64,000 nucleotides of DNA from Hormiphora californensis. Lineage: Eukaryota > Animalia > Ctenophora. A model generated the notes under the pieces. The model made no database searches. It had not been told where the DNA came from and was given only the letters and a program-made list of their open reading frames with translations. Positions 1 through 16,073 of this stretch are shown here, in pieces. The DNA is taken from assembly GCA_020137815.1 (NCBI GenBank), contig CM035362.1, positions 5,952,001-6,016,000 on the forward strand. The letters run 5' to 3'. The position numbers and the translations under genes were made by a program. The stretch's first letter is position 1. Each line of letters starts with the position of its first letter.

Positions 1-336
1 AAACTTTGATACTTCCTCACCCCGCTTAGGGTGACCAGATTCGGCATGGTATCACGTATCGGTTCGTTTTGAACCGTCTAATTAGCGGCAGGACATGCGA
101 TAAGATGCACCGATTCAAAACACGATTCGGACTCGGTAAAAAAATTTTTTAAATTTTCTATTTCTAATGACAGAAGCAATGATCATATTGTCATCAATAA
201 ATGTATACTATACAGTTGGTCACATTGATACCTGAGTGAGATCGAGGTCGCGCGGCGACCGAGATCGATCTCACATACATATTATTCGCGGAGCGAGAAT
301 AGGATGCGATGGATCCAAACTATACAGTTAGAGGTG
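1..336. repeat. Interspersed repeat; inverted relatives at ~3428-3690 and ~3770-3880
   Basis: 1-130 reverse-complements to ~3555-3683. TATACAGTTAGAGGTG (~320-336) matches CACCTCTAACTGTTATA (~3429-3445). Confidence 0.6.
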
Positions 337-1537
337 TCTTGGTATAGAATTTTGGACAAAAGTAGGATTTATGGGTAGGGTTTATGGGTCAAATATGCTC
401 TACCCCGATATACCGGGCACCCCGATTTACCGGGCAAAATGGCTTCCCCCGAGGATCCCGGTAAATCGGGGTCCGACTGTACACGAAACTCTAAAACTCT
501 AAAGAATGGTATACAAGCTGTGATCAATGTTTTTATACCAATATTGATATTAATCAAATATCTCTGGGATCAATCGGCAATCCATGTATAAAACCCAATG
601 ACTTCTGATTCTAGTTAAGAATTAAGACTATGTCAGCCGAAACCAGCTCTTTCAATTGAACTCAAATCCAGTTTCATAATTCTATCCCAGCTAGCTATAC
701 CATATGAATGCTTCTGCATAACAATCTTGTTAATTTTTTTGCAATAAATCTCACCTTGGATTGTACAACTTTCAAAGAGCCAACACGAAGAGCTCTGTTT
801 TGATCAAAATGCTGAAACAAATGGATGGGGGTTAGAATTCCATTTAATGGGCTTCGGGTTTTAGTATTGTGCTCAGGCATTGGGACCCTGGGATGTAGTT
901 TACACCCACCGATGCAGTACACTAATTAGATGCTGGCCAGAAGATGACATAAACAAAGTTTAGGGACCAATGTCAGATTGATCCCAAAACCCGGTTTTTC
1001 TCAAGATCTGTACAGCCCCGGCAAAATGTACTGCATTGGTGAATGCCCTCACTCATCACAATACATTGTTTCGAGATCATTGGAAAATTGACAACAAGTC
1101 AGCAATATTTAAATCATCGTGATACTCACTGCATACCCACCTATTGGAGGTGTGTGGGAACTGTTCAGGATTTCCCATTTTTGATGTTACCATGTGTGTA
1201 ACATGTGTGTAACATGTGTGTAAGCAGTTGTAACATGTGTATAACATGTAACATTGATATCTAAGTTATTTAGTTAATGAAATAAATTTCTTACTAACCT
1301 CAACCCATAATTCCCTCAGCAGGTTAATCAATCATTCAGTCATTCATTCATTCAATCAATCAATCGGGGATACAGGGTGGTGCGTCGAGCTGCTAATAAC
1401 ACGTTAAGACGGTTATTAGGTCTTTTGTGCAGCCGACCCTTTCACCGTGTTCGGTTTAAATATTATTTACAAAAAATTGTGGGTAATTCCCATGTGCTGG
1501 TCATGTAAAAACATAATTTCAAACACAATCTACTTAC

Positions 1538-5147
<3,610 letters not shown>

Positions 5148-5796
5148 ACCTATCATTCAAAGGCCGGTAAGTAGTTTATAGTAATTACTTATCCGTTAAC
5201 AGATTATCAACTAATTATCAATTCTAACAACATGCTTCAACATCAATTACCAAATTAACAACTAACTAAATAACCGGGTGAAGGTATTGATATTCATCGA
5301 TGTAAGAGCAGGATATAGGGTTATATACATTAATCTATACATATATGTGTAAAGAAAAACTATTAGGCAACGATTATTTGGTATTGAACAAAAATCTAAA
5401 ATGCGAGAAAGCTCAGCAGGAAGGAATTAAAGTTGCCCCTCATTCTCTCAACAATAAAAACTTTGTGCTACGTTTTCCGGGAGAACAAGGCCAACGAGTG
5501 GAAAGCTTCGAAGAAATCGGAATTTATACCATGCCATTCATCTCACACAACAATTCTCTCTCAGCGATAAAGTCACGTGGATATTCCTATTCTTCTATAA
5601 TATAATATTAGCCCAATTTTCTCCGCCTAATATCTCTCTATAACTAATGCAACAAATGACTGATAAGAATTCTCCCCAAAGAATCAGGTAATTAAATTTG
5701 TGTCTTACTAATCTCAACCATCATAAGATCATCAAATACCTAACTTTGACTCAGTCACCCCTGTGTGGCGCCGCGACCCCACCTGCAAGCGCACTG

Positions 5797-7069
5797 GGGG
5801 TCTTTTCTGAACTTTCTTCTTAGGAAGATTCTTAACTTTCTTCTTTATAAGAAGGTTTTGCTAAGAACGTTTCCGAACATACAGATGGGAGAAATATACA
5901 ATCTTCTTAGCGATTTTGTTGTTTCTGAACCTATACTTAGGAAGAAAACTCACGCTCCAAATTGGTGTCATGTGACAGTACACAACCAATGGGGTACTAA
6001 GATTCGAATGGCGATAACCAATAGCAATCGAGCAAACATGGGGTTTAAATTGAGGTGTGAATTAGCTGGGGGTCTTTTCTGAACTTTCTTCTTAGGAAGA
6101 TTCTTAACTTTCTTCTTTATAAGAAGGTTTCGCTAAGAACGTTTCCGAAAATACAGATGGGAGTAATATACAATCTTCTTAGCGATTTTGTTGTTTCTGA
6201 ACCTATACTTAGGAAGAAAACTCACGCTCCAAATTGGTGTCATGTGACAGTACACAACCAATGGGGTACTAAGATTCGAATGGCGATAACCAATAGCAAT
6301 CGAGCAAACATGGGGTTTAAATTGAGGTGTGAATTAGCTGGTACACACAATATTTTGGATCTATGTAGGGCGTGGGCCATGGCCTAATCATATGCATTAT
6401 GCAATTGGATATGGTTCCGGTGTCAACTCGTTCCCACCCATTTCCAACAGTTGAAAAAAATCTAAAGGAGATGGAATTTTGCATTTATTGCATTTTTTGG
6501 ATGATAGAGGTGTTATAATTAGAGATATGATTTCTTCCTTTTCATTTGCATATATTTATCGTCCTATGATGCTTTAGAGTCACAGCAAGACCCATAATTT
6601 TCAATTTTTAAAATTATTACAAAAAATACCGAATACCAACCGATTTAAATATAACTCTATTGGATATCGCGTCAACATAAAATGGTTGTATGTTCATGTA
6701 TGCTTGAGCGAATTCATCATTTTTATGATATTAGCTCTAAATATGGCCCATATGTCTAACAGAGTAAGAATCTTCCTAAGTCGGCTTAAGTAAGGTCCGG
6801 AGCTGTCCTAACTTTTCTTGCTACTTAGGAAGAAAAAAAGAGAGCTAAGAACATTCTTAGGCCGCTAAGAAGAAAATTTCAAGGACTCACGCAGTTTTAA
6901 TTCAATTATAGGGGACTTAGGAAGATAATTTAGGAAAATTCTTAACGCTAAAAAAATCTTCCTAAGTGCCATGTTCGGAAACAACAATCTTCTTAACTCT
7001 CTAACTTTCTTCCTAAAACGGCCAAAAAGTTCCTAAGAATCTTCATAAACCTGTTCAGAAAAGACCCCC
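5797..7069. mobile_element. Non-autonomous TIR element (PIF/Harbinger-like, 3-bp CTG TSD) with a ~273-bp tandem duplication of its left end
   Basis: GGGGTCTTTTCTGAAC...GTTCAGAAAAGACCCCC, CTG on both sides. ~5794-6068 is repeated at ~6069-6341. Confidence 0.65.
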
Positions 7070-7194
7070 CTGGTCCCTGATTGGCTGTTAACCAGTCACG
7101 TGACCTAAATAACGAGTTCTGATTGGTTGTTTACTTGTGTCTGGCGCCGCGACCCCACCTGCAAGCGCACTGTCGAGCTGAGAATCAAATGGGT

Positions 7195-7420
7195 AGGTAC
7201 CGTTAAGACTCCTTTCCATGTCTTTGGTGAGCGTCCAGCTTTCGCACCCGTATAAGAGAACTGTTTCAACTGTTGCTACAAAGAGTCTAGCCTTGATCTT
7301 ATCGCTGAGTTTCGAATTCCAAACAGTCCTAAGCCCGTGACACGCATCATCAGAACTCCAACCCCTCCAACCGATGCCCCTGCGCCATTGCGCCAGGCTG
7401 TAGATGTGATAAGAGTTTCT
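7195..7420 (-). pseudogene. Fragment of a LINE (RTE/L2-like) reverse transcriptase C-terminal region
   Basis: LRTVWNSKLSDKIKARLFVATVETVLLYGCESWTL, the typical LLYGCEXW motif. Confidence 0.65.
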
Positions 7421-9452
7421 CCTGGCCCAGCCTGAATTTGTCAACAAATTCTAATTGGATAAGCTCAAAGCCCAAATGGGGGTAAGGCCTGGTCGTAAGC
7501 CATCCTGATGCACCAGATTCTCCTGCAAGGTCAAGACATCTCACTAGTTTTGGGCATGATATCCTGGTCAGCAACTTCTTAAGAGATTCAGAGTTGTGGC
7601 CCTCATTTGATTTAGCAATCTCAACACGAGCATCCCTAGCCAGTTTCTCAACTTTGGACCTGCCCTAAATTCTGTCGAAGTTCTACCGACCTGCCCATGT
7701 CCATGTCAATCTCATGTGATACAAGAATAGCGTCAACCAGTGGCTTGGTTAACAAACATGAGTTGGCAAAGGCCCTGTCGCTAGTGAGCACAGGATTTTC
7801 AATCCCCATTCCGCCTAGATTAGTCGGAAGTGCAAACATTTCTCGCTCCAAATCAGACACCTGTCTACCAGCAAAACAGGGGATCAGTTCGGATCGAATG
7901 AGATCCTCTAGCGGCTGAAAGAGGTCTGCTACATCTGGTATGGTCCTCTGCATGAAGCCCCACTTGAACTTGAAACTTCTCGTAAAGTTGCTGTATGCAA
8001 GGTGGGGATTGGTCTTCGCAATAACTACTAGGTTCTTGAGCTCTTCACGCCAGGTGGACACTGCATTGGAAACAAACGAGTTTTTGAAACGTTCTGAACC
8101 AATGGTTGCTCCCAGATGTCTTGCCCCATCTGCTGTTATTTGCATCCCTGTATCTCCGAACATGCTCTTAGCTGTCTCCAGGAACTGGGGTTTTACTATC
8201 AGTACACTTTTGGAAGGGTTGACAAAGTACCCAAAACTGGGTCGAAAAGATACTACTTTGTTGTACCAGGAAAGTAGCCCAGTTAAACCTCCTGAGGCAT
8301 TCCCATCATCTGCGTACCACACCTGAACTATATCCGGAGACTCTGCCAGCTCGATTAACCTCAGGATACCGATTGAATATAGGTCCATCGCCGCTGGGTC
8401 TCCCTGGGTCGTTCCTTCGGCACTCAGTAGGATTGTCTCGCCCACATAAAGGTGTCGAGGTTTTCCGTACATGTTGACCAGAAATGTACTGAAATCAGGA
8501 CAGTAAAACTTGGTGTTGTTCATTGCCATATTCCTGTTGAGATTATTGAAGGCATTTTCAGCATCTAGTAATATGATCCCTTCACAATCATCAGCCTCAA
8601 ACTTTACTCTTAGAGAGTGGATTGCTGCAGCAATGCTGCTTCCACTCCACCGATCTGGCCGGCAGCTAGCTGGACTCTTCCGGCTGCTTCCTTGATGCTG
8701 CTCTTAATCGTTCGTACAACAGCTTTGGTGATGACCCGTCGTGTCCACTGCCTGCGGTGGGGGAACTTCCAGATGTTCATTGCCCATGATGTTTCCCTTT
8801 ACCCTTTGATTGCAAATTCAAAACACAGAAGCTGGCGGGGACCACTAACGGTGCGTTCTACCACCGTAGAAACGATGGTGTTAACGATGGATAAGACAGT
8901 CGAGTACAGAATCTGAATCTTCACAATTCACATCTCAAAATGTTATCTCTTTCTCTGGTATTCTCTCACTCTATCTTAGGGTATCACTCTCACTCTTACT
9001 CTCTCTATCTCAAACACATTCTCTCTCTAAATCTCTCCAACTCTGAGACTCTATAACTCTCCTACTCTCTCCACTCTCATCCTCTCTCTAAATCCTCGCG
9101 AGACTCTCGGACTGACAGTTAATTCATGTTGCCACGCTAACTGGTCGGAGCTATACCTATTAGGGACCACTCCAAACCGGACGTAGAGTCTCAACACAAC
9201 TTAACTGCCAAAAGAGCGCGAGCTGGAGAGACGCGCGAGGAGAGGAGAGAAGAGGCAGCCGAGAGAGCGACGAGAGAGAGAGCGTAGAGAGATAGATGAG
9301 AGAGAGAGCGAAGCGAAAGGAGAGAGCGAGCGAAGAAAGAGCATGAGGAGCGTAGAGCGAAGAAGAGCAGAGAGAGAGCGAGGCGAGACTAGCTCTCTCT
9401 CTCTCGCTCTCTCTCTCTCGCTATCGCTAGCTCGAGAGAGCTCTAGCTCTCT

Positions 9453-9490
<38 letters not shown>

Positions 9491-10824
9491 ACTCTCTATC
9501 TCTCTCTCTCTCTGGCTTGCTCTGTGAATGAAATGATGAATATGTGACTATGTGACTAGATAACATATGACAATACAGAAATGAAAAGAAGCAAGCCCTA
9601 CAAGGTCCACTTTGTTTGTTGACAGTGTACGTGAATCTTGGCAAAGGCCGTACAGAGGGCTGGAACGGCGTTCCTGAATTTACGTGAACACAAAATTCTG
9701 TAAATTCCTGTCGCATCTAGGCCACTGGGTCCACCACTACCTTTCAAACTTCTTGCACATTCGTAGATAGTGTCTCCTGTCAGTTTCTCAAAAGTGACAC
9801 CAATAGGTTCTTCCACTGGACCATGTCTGGCAAAGGTACTATTCGCAAACCTGGACTTGGGGTGCTTCTTCACCAAGTCTGCCAGGACCTCCTCGTCTAA
9901 CTTCTTCACACCAGAGGAGTGCCGTTCGGGGTTTAACCAGGAAGTTGCTTCAGTAATCCTACCCTCTCTCATAAGGTCAACGAATTTCTTGTTGCTATAT
10001 TCTTGAGATGGTGCATTGTATTTCAGGGGCTTCTGGATCACTTTGGCTTCCCGAACTAATGCTTCGAAGTCCCCTTCTTTCCACAGTTCCAACCTCCTCT
10101 TCAGTATTGCAGCGTGTTGTTTGTTCTTGGATTTTTTCGAGGGTTTCTGCAACAATAACAGAGGTGCAAGAACTAAAGCTGACAGGGCCCAGCACCGTGA
10201 ATCCTCTCTGTCACAAAACACATTCGCCAATCTGGTAAGTTCCTCTATGAAAGATCGACCTACATGGCCGAATGGAACGTTAAACAAGTTTGGTGCCCAA
10301 TCACGACTAATCTTAGACACATTTGAAAAGGCTTCAACAAGGTCAATCCCATTTAACTCGCCCCAACGGCCAACACTCTGCCTCGCCTGGCTCAGTAACA
10401 ACCCAATTCAAACCATTGATGTTGTAGCAGGGTGTACAGAACCAGCTGACAGGAGTATGAACCATTTGTTCTGATTGATTAAGAGCTGTCATACATGTCT
10501 GGTGAAAAGGTTCATGACAGGCTTCACATTTAGCATTCTCATAGGACGGAAGCGTTTCATAGCATTGGCCACACTTGTCTTCTGTAACCACCTCGACTCA
10601 TTTAATTTTATCAATCGTTGAGTTTGAAAGGGGTATTCCATTTGTGATGCTGGTATTGGGAGTAGCGTAATCATGGTCACCGTCTGATTGTCTGAAACCG
10701 ATCCTGAGCCTTCGGTGGATAGAGAGTGATAGAGAGAACGGTCGGATAGAGAGAACGGTCGGTGTAGAGGTGATGACAACCGAAGGGCTACTGGTGAGAG
10801 GCGTGCCTTGGCTTTGGAACGCAT
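7421..10824 (-). mobile_element. Degenerate CRE-like non-LTR retrotransposon with an N-terminal PHD-like finger and RT; frameshifted, interrupted at ~8744-9635 and 3'-truncated
   Basis: Motifs C-x2-C..C-x2-C..H-x2-C..WFC-x2-C; SGGPSGLDA; LLDAENAFNNLNR; EGTTQGDP; WYADD; ARHLGATIGS; LPTNLGGMGI; GASGWL. Confidence 0.85.
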
Positions 10825-11007
10825 TTACTAGTAAAATCTATTGAAATTTGTCACGCGCAAAAATTTATTTTTTCGATGCATTATGCGCTGCGCAGCATGA
10901 AAAATTTCGCGCGGCGCGACTCGAATTATTTTAAATATGAAGTTTCAATATCTGAACTTTTTTGAAACTTTTTTAAGTTGCGGATTTTTATTTTTTGAGT
11001 TGGCACT

Positions 11008-11292
11008 TAGGGATCCCTAAAAAAGTTCAGTATTTACACAGCGTTTACACAGTCTTTACACAGTCGTTACACCCAGAGCGCCCGCGCCGCTCTTGGTGTT
11101 AAGACTGCGTCTTTCGCACTCGATTTGCAGCGTTTTCGGAAACTTTTTTCGCCGCAGCGCTCAATTTACTCAATTGTGCAGCACACAATCCAATATTTTC
11201 TTAGAAAAAGCCGCAAAACGCAGCACGCACCGCTCTGGGTGTAACGACTGTGTAAACTCTGTGTAAATACTGAACTTTTTTAGGGATACCTA
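11008..11292. mobile_element. MITE with ~60-bp TIRs
   Basis: TAGGGATCCCTAAAAAAGTTCAGTATTTACACAG ... CTGTGTAAATACTGAACTTTTTTAGGGATACCTA. Confidence 0.7.
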
Positions 11293-11549
11293 TTGTTTAA
11301 CGCGTTGCCTTATCCCTTATCCCGTGCTGCATATGCCAACCTCATCCTACAACTCGCTCGTGCCAATTGGGAGGGGGTGTGGGTTTATTGCCCGGTGAAA
11401 AAAAACACGAAAAGCGTTCGATATGGTCGGCATCAGCGACCTACTTGCAAAACGCGAACGTTATGGTATCCGTGCTGAGTAGTGTTCCTCAAGAAATATA
11501 TAAGGCCCGATGATATCCATCATATAATATGTTGTGGACTTGAATTCAC

Positions 11550-12319
11550 TGGATCAGCTGTGTAGGGCTGATGACACCGTCCGTGGTAGAGACATGTTGA
11601 GGGGATGATCCCTGTATTGATCTCACGTGGTTCGAAGTTTGGTCAGGCATAGAAGACTCGGGATGTTACAAAGGTGAACAAATTTCAATAGCAAAACAGA
11701 CGTTTCGGCGTAAAATAGCCCTCATCAGTGAAAGAAATAAATTGTTCATAGTGACACGAAGAGCGCCCTGGGACGACACCTTACTGAGGAGCACCCCGAA
11801 GCAGTGACCATGAGGAAGAGGAAGAGGGGCAGACCAGGACAGAGGGAGCGAGAGGAGAGAGAAAAGGACTTTGAGATTTTCTTTGAGAATTTTGATTTTA
11901 GAATTGTCGGGAGAGGGAGAGACGTTCTTGAGACTTTTTTGAGGGAGAATCTGACAATTCAGCGGGAACACCCAGCTCTGAATGATTGCCAGACGAATGG
12001 TTTCGTGTTCTGATTGGTTCTGATTGGCTCATGTCACAGCCGCTAAACCCAGAGCATGATCCCATCCGATGTCAGATTTCAGAGGTGGTGCAACCACTAA
12101 TTGCTAGAAACAGTTCTGATTAGGATTCGAGTGTCAAGTGTCGGGCTATAAATGTGTGTCACTATGAACAATTTATTTCTTTCACTGATGAGGGCTATTT
12201 TACGCCGAAACGTCTGTTTTGCTATTGAAATTTGTTCACCTTTGTAACATCCCGAGTCTTCTATGCCTGACCAAACTTCGAACCACGTGAGATCAATACA
12301 GGGATCATCCCCTCAACAT
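11550..12319 (+). mobile_element. 5'-truncated Penelope-like retroelement with an inverted pLTR
   Basis: GIY-YIG C-terminus KSALGRHLTEEH..FRIVGR..LRENLTIQREHPALN (11759-12013). ~165-bp inverted repeat (11593-11757 vs 12157-12320). GACTTGAATTCA duplicated at 11538 and 12320. Confidence 0.8.
12183..12216 (+). ncRNA. Minimal hammerhead ribozyme motif in the Penelope pLTR; mirror copy at ~11696-11730 (-)
   Basis: CTGATGA-G-GGC-TATTTTAC-GCC-GAAAC-GTC, with palindromic ACGT stem III. Stem I has only 2 bp. Confidence 0.65.
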
Positions 12320-12674
12320 GACTTGAATTCAGCTGTTGTAAACCCGATACCTAATTGCCAACCAATCCTCTACTGTGCTACATTCCTATCATTACTACAT
12401 TCCTATTTTGACTACATCCCCTATAACTACATCATCATCTGAAGGCCTTTCCTCCAACATATGAGTAGAGTAGGGGTCGGATATCATGTCAAGAGTGTCG
12501 AGTTTTTTTGAGTATATTTTCTGGTTGTTGTATTGTGACAGTGTGTGTTGAGCTTCTTTCCTTTCTGGCTAGAGTAGAGTCATAGGTTCTTTGAGCGAGC
12601 GAGTGAGCCAGCCTGAACAATGTTCAGTGAACATCACGGAGGGTATTACGTTCTCGAAGACTTCAAGACCATAA

Positions 12675-12810
12675 ACATAAAGTCCGTTTCAAGCGACTTG
12701 ACCCGTAATTCTTGGAATTTGGCGCATTGCGCGTGTATTTACAAAGGGGAAATCCTGAATTTCCAGGAATCTCAGGTCAAGTCGTTTGAAACGCACTTTA
12801 CATGGACTTT
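12675..12810. repeat. Short imperfect palindromic element (MITE-like)
   Basis: CGTTTCAAGCGACTTGACC ... GGTCAAGTCGTTTGAAACG. Confidence 0.5.
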
Positions 12811-14195
12811 ATACGAGTGTGTTTGGAGAATAGACTCTAGAGTTTCTAAGTTGGGCAGCTCTTAATTTTATATCTTCTCTATCCTAGTTAGCTTAAAATT
12901 ACTTTAAATTAGAACCTAAATACTTACGTCTAGTACAGTTATCTATCTTACAGCTTACTATAATAGAGTACCCGAGCTATGACAATGCACAAAAAGGGGT
13001 GGCACGCGACTTTAACCACGTGGTGATCTAACCGCTTCTTCTATCATACACATTGGGTTTTTGAAAAAACGGCGAGGCGGGTAAATCATTTACTGTAACG
13101 CGCGAATTTTCCCAAAAAAGCGCTGCTTTTTTACGCCGCGCGGAACCTGAAATTACGCGCGCAGTGTAAAATTTTAAAATTCATTGAAAATTTCCTCGCG
13201 TTTTATGTCGCAAAAAAAAGTCTACGAAAAATTCCAAATTCGTGAATTATAAGAACTCCGGTCAGTTCTCATCTTGCCAATCCGTTTTCCGGGAACCCCT
13301 GGCCAAAGGACATTAAAGTTCACATAACGACCAAGTTTCATATCGATTGGATAAGATTTTGGGTGGCTACGGTGAAAAATATCGTATTTTTGGCATTTTT
13401 AACTTTCCCGACGCGATTTACGACCCTTAAACATTGAGTTACGGGAAATCGCTATAATGTAAAATGAAGTTCAAACGATTCTCTTTCCCCACTATTGCGT
13501 TAGTTTTTTGATTTAGAGCCGTTTTCAGGGTCTTAGAAGCGTTTGAAAAATGTAAGTATTTTTGGCGCAATGACGTGAACGTCACCCCGTGACGTCACTG
13601 TTGTAAAGATCGGATCAAAAATCTGAGCCCGTACTTACACCCGCCTTGGTCCAAAGTACCAGTGTACAAATTTTCAGGGGTCTAGCTCAAAAACTGTAGG
13701 AGGAGTAGGGAGAAAACAATTATCGGACTAACATTTTGGAAATTATTATATGGATTAGCTTAACGTTTTTATCGTACATTCAATTTTAAACCCAACCGCA
13801 TTAATTAACTTATTCTGACTGGCCATTGCACTGGTCTCCTGCCTTTTTATTTTTTACCGCTCCAATTATTAATTTATTAACAGCTTTGTATTTAACCTAT
13901 CTGACTGACCTCTGGTCTCTTACTTTTTATTTTTCTACCTCGTTATTCATTAATTTATTACCAGCTTCTTTATAATTATCCATAGGCCATTTATTAGATC
14001 ATAACCTTATATAGCAATTAATTATCTAACTAGTTAACTATCAATTATCTAACTAGTTAATTTCTCAATTATCTAACTACCTACTTAATCACTCAATTAA
14101 TTAATTACGCTATTTCTTAATTAGATATTTTATAACCCTTATTTTCTACATACATTTATATATACAAATTAAAAACAACGGATTAAGTTTTTAAG

Positions 14196-14249
14196 GTCTA
14201 TACACATGTTTCATGATGCCCCACGAGGAGGCACCAATCATCAGTAGAC
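14196..14249 (-). ncRNA. Type I hammerhead ribozyme
   Basis: Minus strand reads GTCTA-CTGATGA-T-TGGTGCCTC-CTCGT-GGGGCATCA-T-GAA-AC-ATGT-GT-A-TAGAC: 5-bp stem I, 9-bp stem II, intact core, GUA cleavage triplet. Confidence 0.75.
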
Positions 14250-15057
14250 AAAGATCAAAATGAGAATGAATTGGGATAAAGTATGACTCCTTCATAAAAC
14301 ACGTCAGTCAAACGTTCCTAGTTAGAATTAGTAGCTCCATTTCGTCACATCTTCGTATCTTGGACATCTAGATTCCCCAGTTTCAAAGTACTTTAACCAT
14401 TTCCCTTTGTTGGACTGTGTAATCTGTATTCCATTTTGATCATTGTTCCTCAAAACCAGACGTCGTACGTGTCCTCAGATCCACAAGAGAGCTCTACAAC
14501 AAATAAATTGAAGGAGCATTGCATTATAGCGAGATTAGTACATTTATATATATACTTATTATATCGAATGACTGCCGACGGTTTTTTAAGGCCTTTCGGA
14601 TCTTATAATCCTATAAGAGCCGCTTTAGAAGGCTTGTTAGTGGTGGGTGCGTTGCTTCAATCGACTGATTGAAACGGCGTCCTCCTAGCACTAACAATGC
14701 ATAGGCCCAAAAGCGGGATATAAATTATAATTGTATTTGTATTTGTATAAACCCATTTAGATGAAACCCATTTAGATGAGACCCATTTTGATGAGACCCA
14801 TTTTGATAAGACCCATTCTGATGTTTGTTTCCTCTTCAACTGTTGTTACTGTAGGGCGTGTTGTGTGTGAAAAGAGAGAAATGTGAGAATGCAGCGAGAG
14901 AAGATATTATCTATCTTGTTCCCATAAAATATATATTACCAGCTTTTCACGCCTTTATTCTGAGTTACCAAGAATTTTCGGAACGCTACGGTGCTAAGCT
15001 GTAAGGCGCAAGGTTTCTATTATATGATGTTGCACGTCACTTGTAGTAGTATGCAGT

Positions 15058-16073
15058 GTGGTGGGAGAAATGGCTCACCCTAGAAAAATTACAAAAATGC
15101 ATAATAACCTGTAAATCACTTGTAATTCGAAGTTCAAACTAGTTTTGAAACTAGTTTTGAAATAGGTTTAACATTTTTTTAGAAAAATTTTAGTTTTGAA
15201 ATAGCTTTTGAAATAGCTTTTGAAATAGCTTTTGAAATAGCTTTGGACGGGTGGTAGAAACGGCTCATGTGTGGACATTCATATAAAAGCGAAAACCAGT
15301 ATACCCGACTAATTTTAATACGCCGAATCACGTGAGCAACTCTGGCAAGCGCTCAGATGTGAAGAAAGTGCCCTAATTGAGCATAATTGGGTGTAATTGA
15401 CCGGACTTACAACTTTTCTCCTGAAAACGCTAGAAGTTAATGTGAGGGCACTTTTCCGACTAACTTTGATACGCTGAATCACGTAAACAACTTTTCCAAG
15501 CCCTCAGAGGTGAAGAAAGTGTCCTAATTGAGCAATTATGGTCAATTAGACCTAATCAGACTCAATTAGGACACTTTCTTCACCTCTGAGGGCTTGGAAA
15601 AGTTGTTTACGTGATTCAGCGTATCAAAGTTAGTCGGAAAAGTGCCCTCACATTAACTTCTAGCGTTTTCAGGAGAAAAGTTGTAAGTCCGGTCAATTAC
15701 ATCCAATTATGCTAAATTAGGGTACTTTCTTCACATCTGAGCGCTTGCCAGAGTTGCTCACGTGATTCGGCGTATTAAAATTAGTCGGGTATACTGGTTT
15801 TCGCTTTTATATGAATGTCCTTGTGTTCATAATGATCGTGCAGCTGCCAAATGAGCCACATGAGCCGTTTCTACCACCCGTCCAAAGCTATTTTAAAAGC
15901 TATTTCAAAAGCTATTTCAAAAGCTATTTCAAAACTAAAATTTTTCTAAAAAAATTTCAAAACTATTTCAAAACTAGTTTCAAAACTAGTTTGAACTTCG
16001 AATTACAAGTGATTTACAGGTTATTATATGCATTTTTTGTAATTGTTCTAGGGTGAGCCATTTCTCCCACCAC
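15058..16073. mobile_element. ~1-kb near-perfect foldback element
   Basis: TIR GTGGTGGGAGAAATGGCTCACCC. Flanking duplication AGTATGCAGT (8 or 10 bp depending on register). Confidence 0.85.

Noticed and set aside
500-1260. Putative 3' exons of the sushi gene
   Set aside because: Candidate GT-AG exons could not be joined into an open frame.
7421-10824. Possible spliced-leader RNA gene target at the CRE-like element
   Set aside because: I could not recognise an SL exon, donor or Sm site at either boundary.
12960-13760. Possible Helitron/Helentron-type element
   Set aside because: It is single-copy in this window and the ends could not be defined with confidence.
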